Origin: Eledone cirrhosa
Lineage: Eukaryota
NCBI GenBank assembly: GCA_964016885.1
Contig: OZ024742.1
Location: 25,420,001-25,484,000, forward strand
DNA length: 64,000 bases
Direction: 5' to 3'
In this document: positions 53,017 to 64,000 of the stretch, piece by piece
Layout: each line of letters begins with the position of its first letter
Numbering within the stretch: position 1 is the first letter of the stretch
Program-made: the position numbers and the translations under genes
Notes under the pieces: model-generated
The model's input: the letters and a program-made list of their open reading frames with translations, nothing else
What the model was told of the DNA's origin: nothing
The model's database searches: none

Positions 53017-55958
53017 GTGTATCTATGTATTGTGTATGTATACGTATATAATATGAGTGTGTGTGTCCATGTATTGTGTGTATGTATATGTATATGTATA
53101 TATATGTGTGTGTGTGTGTCTGTATGTGTCTCTGTGTGTATGTGTGTGTGTTGCAACATTAGTTTAACTTTCAACAAAATGGCCTAACTTTTAGCAACCA
53201 CACTTTAAATAAAGACGTAAGAGCTGTTGATTCCGGTCTCTGCTGAAGAACAGTTCTAGTTGTGATTTAGCTATAGATTAGCTCTGATCAAGCAAGCCTG
53301 TGATTAAAGACGTTCCATCCGTGACTAACCTGTCTTTTATTCAGATATATTGTATCTAGAGATAAAATCTTCAATGTGTCTTTCATTTTTTTAAGGATTG
53401 GAATTCTTTATTTTATTCTTCTTTTACTGGCTTCAGTCAATTGTCTTCGATCATGCTGGAGCACCAGCATCCATTTTGTCGATCATATCGGCCTCATTCC
53501 TTACTATGCAAGTGTGGTAAATACTTTCACGATCTCTTCTATTGTTGTTGATGTTGAACCCCTACTAGGAATCCCATATAGTATAAAATAAATAGGATGG
53601 ATTGGGGTCCCAATATGCAAACTAAACTACTAATTCTGTTTTCTATTTAAAATCAGTTGAGACAACCTAGAAAAATTACCAATTTTCCACCCTACCACTC
53701 TTATTCCACACACATGCACCTAGTATCTGGGACCCGAGACTATTTAGATAAGATGCTTGACTCTATTTTGACTCACAACAATATTTGGCTAACTAGTGTA
53801 TGGTGTTACATAGGTGAGAATGTACACACATATGTATATGTAAGTACAACGTCATTATCTACTAAACTTTGGTTTTGATTGTAGTTCTAAAGAGACGGCG
53901 TGATAGCGGGAGAACAAACAACAGAATCGATAACAAGAGAAAACTAGAACGGGAAGGAAACATTAAATAAAATACATTAAACTGAGAGAACAAAGATGAG
54001 TTTAAAATGAAATGAAAAGTTTTAAAAATACTATAAAAGAAAACCAAAACGACATTAACATCATCAACAGCAATAAAAACAAGAAATACCAATGACAACA
54101 ATAGTAATAAGAACAACATCTGAGACATACATAGAAAACATTGACAGATGCGTGGTTTGAACCTGTGTGAAGAGAGTAAATAAAGGAATTGGTTTTATTT
54201 ACTTTTAGATAAAAATTATTAGTGAAACCTATAGTAATGAATTTAAAAAAAGAGGAGAGGTAAGACTGATGTAAAAGGAGAGGTAAAACGGAAGAATGCA
54301 ACGGAATGAAAAACATACTAACAAAGAGTCAGAAAAAAAAACAGTGAGAAAAAGAAAAGAAAAAGCAAGAAGTGTGAGCATGAAAGGAAGATCAAAAAGA
54401 AAGAAAAGCAGAGAACGGGAAACCTTTAATGAACCTGACAAACATTGGTGACAGTATGTTTAAAAGAGACAGCAACAATGCCAATAATGGTAGGGACCTC
54501 CGTCGGTTTCGACGATGAATGTTCAATCTTTTCGATCATGAACTTAATTTATAAGTGGCTGTGTATACCGCAGACTTGTGTATCCATGACGTAATTCACT
54601 GGTGGGGGTGGAGGTGGGTGTTCTGCTTCACATAGGGTGTGACAAGGATGGCTCTTTGAATTGCAGATACAGTCCATCTGGCAGGCTTCAAGACAGTTTC
54701 CGTCTACCAAATTTCGCTCATGATATATAGGTTTACCTGAGGCAACATAATACAAGATCTAAAGGCCACGCCGTGAGTTCGAATCCCGAGTCCTAATAAT
54801 AACGAAGTGAACTATTTAAACATTCGGCGTTGCTGCGTCCGTTGTTCAGGATAATGTTAAAACGTATGATGGTCACGGTTAGAACGGCTTAGATCACATG
54901 GCAGTTGTAACAAAGGTAAGTCGGTACTATATAACACCACCACTACCACCACCACAATTATATCCCACCAATGCAACAACAACATCAATAACAACAACAA
55001 AATCACTCTATCCCACATATATATGAAATAACACTCCCCTCCTCTTACAAAAATCGGAATTATTCTGTTGACGGAAGTTAACATTTCCTGTATTAAGGAA
55101 ATGGTAAAAGGTACAATGGAATTTGTCTAATATGTTGTTTATTGTTTTTCTTTTTGTTGTTGCCATTGTTGTGGTTTGTTGTAATTTTGTTCAGGATCTG
55201 ATGTCAATTTTCAAAATGGTGCTGGCTGTTCTGTTGTTAATCGATATTTTTATTTTATTCTTTCTTTTCTATCTTTCGTTTCATTTCGTTTCTTTCTTTC
55301 CTTGTCTCTCCATTTCCTCGTCTAATCGCTTTGCTTCGATTTAAACTTCCATCTGTCACTTAATCCTTTTTTTACAGCCCTCGTTTTCTTGTATATAAAT
55401 GTATGTATCTACCTATGTATGTATATGCTTGTACTTGTGAATGTGTGTTTCTGTGTATTTATATATGTATATATGCATTTTGTGTGTATGTATATGTGAA
55501 AGTATGCATACATCTATGTATTTATTTATGTATATATATGTGTGTATATGTGAATGTTTGCTTCTGTGTATTTATATATGTATATATGCATTTTCTGTGT
55601 ATGTATATGTGAAAGTATACATGCACGTCTGTATTGATTTATGTATGTATATCTGTGTACATGTGAATGTATGTTTCTGTGTATTAATATATGTATATAT
55701 GCATTTTCTGTGTATGTCTGTATGTATGTATGTATGTATATATGTATGTACAGGTGAATGTGCTTATGTATGTTTGTATGTAGGTCAAAGCATGTGTATG
55801 TATATGTGAAAGTATGCATGTATGTATAAAAGTATGAATATAAATGTATGTGCATAAATGTACGTATGTATCGATAGATGTAGCAAAGATACATGCATAT
55901 ATGCGTGTTGGTGTGCTTGCCTAACGTATATATATATATATGTATATGTATTCATATA

Positions 55959-55989
<31 letters not shown>

Positions 55990-55991
55990 TC

Positions 55992-56050
<59 letters not shown>

Positions 56051-56056
56051 TATATA

Positions 56057-56096
<40 letters not shown>

Positions 56097-56294
56097 TATA
56101 TATATATGTGTATATATATATATATGTATTCATATATATATATGTATATATGTAGGCATATATATTTTCTAAAAGATATATATAATTTTTGTTTTCGTTG
56201 ACATTACTTCGGACACTGACAGAATAATTGCACTTTATATTTGAATCAACACAGTTCTATCGATTTGTGAATATATGAATTAGTTAAGGTGCGA

Positions 56295-56359
<65 letters not shown>

Positions 56360-56436
56360 AAATGAGGATGGAATACATTTGAAACTGGTTAGACTATTCG
56401 ATACTTGGCGTAGTAGAGAATGGTTATATTATACGA

Positions 56437-56622
56437 TGGATTGGCAGTATCGGTAGAGGGTCGGACGCCATGCTTTGACACATAGAGTTACGGCCTTTGT
56501 AATTCTGAGTTCAAATCCCGCCGAGGTTAACTTTGCCTTTCATCCTTACGGGGTCGATGAAATAAAGTACCAGTAATACACTGGTTAATTTGGTGGGTTT
56601 GTGCCAAAAGTAGAAACAATTA
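56437..56622 (+). mobile_element. Full-length SINE (Meta/MESC-like)
   Basis: ggattggcagtatcggtagagggtcggacgcc...gagttcaaatcccgccgagg...agtagaaacaattat. Confidence 0.9.
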
Positions 56623-56712
56623 TAAAGAGTTGTGAACGACGGCTGACCTGTTGCCGTTTCAACAGCTAGCTCCAGACTCTGGAAGAGCTCAACTGTCTGG
56701 CACCGATTCTAT

Positions 56713-56757
<45 letters not shown>

Positions 56758-56762
<5 letters not shown>

Positions 56763-57077
56763 AAAAAGGGATGAAATTGAAAATGCAACTGAAGTCTTAT
56801 TTTTAAAAAAAATATATATATTTATTTGGTTCCTTTACCGGTTTCGCAGTTCTTCTGCTTTTCAAAAGCGAGAAAAACCACAGACCCTCCATCTCAACTC
56901 ACCTTTTGAAAAGCAAAAGAACTGCGAAACCGGTAAAGGAACCAAATAAATATATATATTAAAAAAAAAAATAAGACTTCAGTTGCATTTTTGATTTCAT
57001 CCCTTTTTCTTTATACTTCCACTCGTGTAGGACACCTCGGTTATTTATCATTTTGTAAAAAAAACCTCACTTTCTAA
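56758..57077. mobile_element. Fold-back element with two U3-A8 HHRs (family J): 56832-56869 minus, 56902-56939 plus
   Basis: cctt-TTGAAAA-gca(g)..ctgc-GAAA-ccgg-TA-aagg. Arms 56758-56870 / 56900-57012. (TA)n on both sides. Confidence 0.82.
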
Positions 57078-57157
57078 TATATATATATATATATATATAT
57101 TAGAAAGTGAGGTTGTTTCGTACTGCCTCTCTGTTCTGTCCATGTTCAATTTTTTAT

Positions 57158-57452
<295 letters not shown>

Positions 57453-57654
57453 TCTACCTGGAGTTGCGACCGATAGATAGTATTAGCAATTGGAAAGACC
57501 AACGGAAACATTGTTCCCTCGGTCCGATTTGACGAAAGTCGTTCGTTCCTGTCGTTCCTATGTATATATGTAAATAAATATGTATATATATATGTAAATA
57601 AAAATAAACAAATAAATATATATGTATGTATATGTATGTATATATGTATATATA

Positions 57655-58167
57655 CACAGAGGTATCCTCTGTAAGTTGTGGGGTATATTCTGTATGAAGA
57701 ACTCAATGTAACCCATATGTTGAAAATGTTGAAGGTTAAGATAAATCTCAGAAAACAATAAAACATTAAAAGGAAAACAGAGTCATGATATAAGTTAAAA
57801 CAATGAAATAAAAAATCAAGTCCTTAGAGATATACTTCACTGCTTTACGATCGTTTCTAGATGGTGATAATACATTTTAGCTATACTCAGTTATTGATCT
57901 TTGTAAGTTTACAAACTATCAGATAGAGAGAATATTTACTTACATGCATATCACCAGCTGTTTTCAAAAGCAATAATAATTTTATTCAATAATAATTTTA
58001 CTCAGAATTAGTATCATGTCCATATTTGGAGGTAGTTGAAGAACTAAGGAATCAAATTGTAGATCAATAACTGAGTATAGATACAATGTATTATCACCAT
58101 GTAGAAACGATCGTAAGCAGTGAAGTATATCTCTAAGGACTTGATTTTTTATTTCATTGTTTTAACT

Positions 58168-58170
<3 letters not shown>
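57655..58170. mobile_element. Family G' PLE end (minus, HHR 57837-57976) with inverted partial copy at 58060-58170
   Basis: Minus: ttattgctt-TTGAAAA-cagctggtgat..atcaccatcta-GAAA-cgatcg-TA-aagcagtga. Confidence 0.82.
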
Positions 58171-58200
<30 letters not shown>

Positions 58201-58649
58201 GTAAATAAATATGTATGTATGTATATATATATGTATATATGTAAATAAATATGTATATATGTATGTATATATATATGTATATATGTAAATAAATATGTAT
58301 ATATATATGTAGATATGTAAATAAAAAAATAAACATATAAATAAATAAATAAAGGTACTAAATAAAGATGGCGTAAGCATACAATACAACGAGAGGAAAC
58401 ATAATAGCACCACTGACGATGTTGCAGATGTGCAACGAAAGAAATTTGTTAGACTATATTTATGTGTTTGTATCTATATTGTATCTGTATTTTGGACCGT
58501 TAGTCAGTCAATGGTAACATTGAGGACCGAATAAATTAAATTAACCGATATAAAAGACACAGAAGCGAAAACCAACCAAACAGTCAGTGTGTTCTGTTAT
58601 TAATTCTGGCAATATTATTACAACAATATGACCCTCCCCAAGTATAACA

Positions 58650-58681
<32 letters not shown>

Positions 58682-58686
58682 GGGTG

Positions 58687-58733
<47 letters not shown>

Positions 58734-58820
58734 GTGTGTATATATATATATATGTATATATATGTATATATATATATATGTGTGTATATGTATATATATG
58801 TATATATATATATATGTGTG

Positions 58821-58851
<31 letters not shown>

Positions 58852-59491
58852 GTATATATATGTATATATATATATATATATGTATATATATGTATATATA
58901 TATATGTATATATATGTATATATATGTATGTATGTATATATATATATATATGTATGTATGTATATGTATATATATATATATGTATGTATGTATATGTATA
59001 TATATATATGTATATATGTATATATATATGTGTATATATATATGTATATGTATATATATATATGTATATATGTATATATATATGTGTATATATATATGTA
59101 TATATATATATATGTATATATATGTGTATATATATGTGTATATATATATGTATATATATATATATGTATATATATGTGTATATATATATGTATATATATA
59201 TGTATATATATATATATGTATATATATATGTATATATATATATGTATATATATGTATATATATATGTATATATATATATGTATATATATATGTATATATA
59301 TATATGTATATATATATGTATATATATATATATTTATATATATGTATATATATATGTATATGTATATATGTATATGTATATATATATATATGTATATGTA
59401 TATATATGTTATATTATATATTTGTATATATATATGTATATATATATGTATATGTATATATATATACATATATATATATGTATATATATAT

Positions 59492-59522
<31 letters not shown>

Positions 59523-59680
59523 GTATATATATGTATATATATAGGTATATATATGTGTATATGTATATATATGTATATATGTATATATGTATATATATAT
59601 ATGTATATATATAGGTATAAGTATATATATGTATATATATATATGTATATGTATATATATATATGTGTGTATATTTATAT
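58650..59680. repeat. ~1 kb degenerate (TA)n/(TATG) tract
   Basis: Directly visible. Confidence 0.95.
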
Positions 59681-59684
59681 AGTA

Positions 59685-60804
59685 TGTAGATAAATCTACC
59701 AAAATTTACGGTAGTGTCCAATCTGTATGAAGAACTCAATGTAATCCAAATATCATGAAAAGAGAAGACGCATTCAAAAATGTTCGATGAAAATCACAGG
59801 AAAACAGAGTCAAGATAAATTAATAAAAACAATGAATAAAAACAAAGAACAAGTTCCTTATATTAAAAAAATTCATCATTTTACGATCGTTTCTAGGATA
59901 TATATGTGTGTTGGTATGTATATCATATAAATCTATGTAAAAATATTACAAACTATCAGAGGAAATATACATACCTTCACATATATATGCTGTCTTCAGA
60001 AATAATGAGATTTGTTTATTGAAAAAAACGAACGAAGATTTAATATAGTAGGTCTGTTTGGGAACAGGTTTTGAATTGAACAATAGAAAAGTAGTAAGAG
60101 GTCAAGTTGATAGAATAGTAGTAGTAGAAATTTATTTCAGGGATATAGGAATGCAGACTTATGTTTTGAGTGTAAAGAATACTTTGAATGAAAAGAATAC
60201 TTTGGGGATGAAAAGAGGTCAAGCCGGTGAAAGGCACACGAAAATTTGATGTTATTAAAGAATAATGTTAAAAACGAAGGAGAGTAAAATTTTAGGCTAA
60301 AGGTATTACTGAGAAATACCAATGTTATTTAAAACAAGGAATTTAGATCTATAACAAGAAATTAAATTAATTGATAGGTATATTTATAGGGATAAATTTA
60401 TATTAATTAATAAGGATGTGATATATAATAATTAGATGTTATTAAAGAATGCTGTTAAAAACGAAGGAAAAATAAAATTTTGGGATAGGTGTAGTAGTGA
60501 GGAATACCGATCTTATATAGACTACAAGGAATCTAGATTCATAACAGGAAATTAAATTAATTTATATGTATACTTTTAGGTATTAATTATTAATTTTAGA
60601 GGGAAATAACATTATGAAGTTCTCTGTATTAAAGTACTAATTATAAATTAACTAAATTAAAAAAAACTAATTATAATAATATGTAAAATATAAGTTTAAG
60701 GTGTATATTAATTAGGTTTATAATATTTGAAGGTTCTTCTAATTCTATGATTGCAAGATATAATTAATTCTTGTCGCTTATTTAATAGGATATCCTTAGA
60801 TTTC

Positions 60805-60807
<3 letters not shown>
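59685..60807 (-). mobile_element. Second 5'-truncated Naiad-like PLE copy with HHR at 59873-60008
   Basis: MKSKDILLNKRQELIISCNHRIRRTFKYYKPN. 3' region homologous to 22200-23697. tcattattt-CTGAAGA-...-GAAA-cgatcg-TA-aaatgatga. Confidence 0.87.
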
Positions 60808-60886
<79 letters not shown>

Positions 60887-60887
<1 letters not shown>

Positions 60888-61236
60888 GTTATTCCGGGTT
60901 GAATCGGAGGTAACCACAGTAAGTAAGGTACTCAATACATAGCAGAGTATAATAGTTTTAATATAGATGAGATTCTACAGGACTAGAACTGTTTCATTCA
61001 TTAGAAATCATCAGGAATCTGGGTATCAAAAAATAAATATGGTATTTATAGGTCTCTACAAGTGGTAGGAGAGGGTGGGGAGTGGGATGGGTGCAGGCAC
61101 CCATCCCACTCCCCACCCTCTCCTACCACTTGTAGAGACCTATAAATACCATATTTATTTTTTGATACCCAGATTCCTGATGATTTCTAATGAATGAAAC
61201 AGTTCTAGTCCTGTAGAATCTCATCTATATTAAAAC

Positions 61237-61240
<4 letters not shown>
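60887..61240. mobile_element. Fold-back element with two canonical HHRs (family K): 60970-61020 minus, 61171-61221 plus
   Basis: ~140 bp near-perfect arms around 61096. agattc-CTGATGA-tttctaatgaat-GAAA-cag ttctagtc ctg-TA-gaatct. Confidence 0.88.
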
Positions 61241-61273
<33 letters not shown>

Positions 61274-61387
61274 ATATATGTATATGTATATATGTATATG
61301 TATATATATATGTATATATATATATGTATATATATATGTATATCTCTATATATATTTATATATATATGTATGTATATATATATATAC

Positions 61388-61418
<31 letters not shown>

Positions 61419-61751
61419 ATATATATATACATATATATATATGTATATATATATACATATACATATATATATACAAATATATAATATAACATATATATAC
61501 ATATACATATATATATATACATATACATGTATGTATTTATATATATGTATGTATGTATTTATATATAGATATGTATGTATTTATACATGTATGTATGTTT
61601 GTATGTATGTATGTATGTATATATATATATGTATATATATGTATGTATATATATATATGTATATATATGTATGTATATATATATGTATATATATATGTAT
61701 GTATATATATATATATGTATGTATATATATATATGTATATATATATATATG

Positions 61752-61796
<45 letters not shown>

Positions 61797-61797
61797 G

Positions 61798-61828
<31 letters not shown>

Positions 61829-62153
61829 GTATGTATATATATATATATGTATGTATATATATATATATATGTACATATATATATATATGTATGTATATAT
61901 ATATGTATGTATATATATATGTATGTATATATATATATATGTATGTATATATATATGTATGTATATATATATATATGTATGTATATATATATATATGTAT
62001 GTATATATATATATATGTATGTATATATATATATATGTATGTATATATATATATATGTATGTATATATATATATGTATGTATATATATATATATATGTAT
62101 GTATATATATATATATATGTATGTATATATATATATATGTATGTATATGTATG

Positions 62154-62212
<59 letters not shown>

Positions 62213-62213
62213 G

Positions 62214-62250
<37 letters not shown>
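61237..62250. repeat. ~1 kb degenerate (TA)n/(TATG) tract
   Basis: Directly visible. Confidence 0.95.
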
Positions 62251-62254
<4 letters not shown>

Positions 62255-62498
62255 GTAGAACACTGGAAGGTAATATCCGTAGTGATAGAGCACTCAGTCC
62301 ATGGGACGAGTTAGGTAGAAGTGGTTACACAACAGTTAGTTCACCATATCGAGAACAATTGCGGATCCTCAGCTCGTAATGGGTATGGTTATACGGTTGT
62401 CCCTCCTGTTCCGTATAACCATGCCCATTTACGAGGTGAGGATCCGCTAAGGTGAAACAATTGTTCTCGGTATGGTGAACTAACTGTTGTGTTACCAC

Positions 62499-62503
<5 letters not shown>
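62250..62503. mobile_element. Fold-back element with decayed minimal HHR (family N, 62432-62469)
   Basis: Arms 62316-62396 / 62411-62503. Consensus cgag-CTGAGGA-tccgctaaggt-GAAA-caattg-TT-ctcg. Confidence 0.7.
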
Positions 62504-62592
<89 letters not shown>

Positions 62593-62594
<2 letters not shown>

Positions 62595-62790
62595 TAGAAA
62601 GTGAGGTTTTTTTACAAAATGAAAAATAACCGAGGTGTCCTACACGATTGAAAGTATAAAGAAAAAAAGATGAAATCAAAATGCAACTGGAGTCTATTTA
62701 AACAAATATATATATATTTATGTGGTTCCTTTACCGGTTTCGCAGTTCTTCTGATTTTCAAAAGTAGAGTTGAGATGAAGGGCTTGTGGT

Positions 62791-62795
<5 letters not shown>
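62593..62795 (-). mobile_element. Family J copy with U3-A8 HHR (62728-62765)
   Basis: Homologous to 56875-57077. ctt-TTGAAAA-tcagaagaactgc-GAAA-ccgg-TA-aagg. Confidence 0.8.
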
Positions 62796-62887
<92 letters not shown>

Positions 62888-63098
62888 GACACACACACAC
62901 ACATATATATATATGTATGTATCTATATACATATGTGTGTATGTATTTATATACATATGTATGTATGTATTTATATATATATGTATGTATTTATATATAT
63001 ATATGATATGTATGTATTTATATATATATATTATATGTATGTATTTATATATATGTATGTATTTATATATATGTATGTATTTATATATATATATATAT

Positions 63099-64000
63099 AA
63101 ATTGATGAGCAGAACAAACAAACATTAAACAATCCTTTAAATAAATTAAAAAATAATTTAAATATCTACCTGTTCATAATGCTATTACCGGCGGTTTCCA
63201 TCCACAAAAGATTGGAAATTCAGAGAATCTCCAATGGAAAGTAGATTTCATCAGATAGCTATTTCCTTTCTATAGGACATATGTCCCATGGTCCACAAAT
63301 ATAAGGCTAACTACCAGCTCGTATGAGTTATAGCCGTTAAAGGACCCATACGTGACCTGGCCACGAGAGCAAGCGGGAATATTACAGACATGTTGATGGC
63401 TTGGCTGCTAAAAAAATAGCAGTAAGCAACAACGAATTTTTTTCTCTACATAGATTGGAGAATATATAAAAATGAGGTAAATATCTCATTGAGTACTAAG
63501 TACACATTGAGATATATAGGGTGTCTATAATATAATTGTTGTTCTATGGTACTAATTAGAGATACCAGAACTATAAAAATTGATGATCTATGTAGAGAAA
63601 AAAATTCGTCGTTGCTTACTGCTATCTTTTTAGCAGCCAAGCCATCAACAAGTCTGTAATATTCCCGCTTGCTCTCGTGTCCAGGTCACGTATGGGTCCT
63701 TTAACGGCTATAACTCATACGAGCTGGTAGTTAGCCTTATATTTGTGGACCATGGGACATATGTCCTATAGAAAGGAAATAGCTATCTGATGAAATCTAC
63801 TTTCCATTGGAGATTCTCTGAATTTCCAATCTTTTGTGGATGGAAACCGCCGGTAATAGCATTATGAACAGGTAGATATTTAAATTATTTTTTAATTTAT
63901 TTAAAGGATTGATTAATGTTTGTTTGTTCTGCTTATCAATTTTTATAGTTCTGGTATCTCTAATTAGTACCATAGGACAACAATTATATTATAGACACCC
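63099..64000. mobile_element. Retrozyme-like element (family O): inverted 478 bp unit followed by a circularly permuted direct unit; HHRs 63181-63259 minus and 63782-63860 plus
   Basis: gctat-CTGATGA-a atctac..attgga gattc tct gaatt tccaat..gtggat g-GAAA-ccgccgg-TA-atagc. Confidence 0.88.

Overview
AT-rich, microsatellite-saturated animal genomic DNA. The SINE/LINE repertoire suggests a coleoid cephalopod such as Octopus (inference). No host gene could be identified, and nearly all ORFs in the track are (TA)n/(CA)n translation artefacts. Real coding sequence is limited to retroelements: an intact RTE-clade RT ORF at the left edge, a decayed LINE RT, several RTE/CR1 3' scraps, and GIY-YIG endonuclease remnants of two Penelope-like element (PLE) types. 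The main signal is non-coding. Reading both strands by eye, I found about 35 type I hammerhead ribozyme (HHR) motifs, some decayed, in about 16 distinct sequence families. Almost all lie in short ORF-less elements inserted into (TA)n tracts as tandem repeats and/or fold-back inverted repeats, the architecture of PLE pseudo-LTRs and non-LTR retrozymes. They include tandem arrays of 422-485 bp units with minimal HHRs, a circularly permuted 478 bp unit, long insertions in stems II/III, and family-wide core variants: U3-A8 in place of C3-G8 (with direct covariation between homologous copies) and U4A. All folds were derived manually, and activity is untested.
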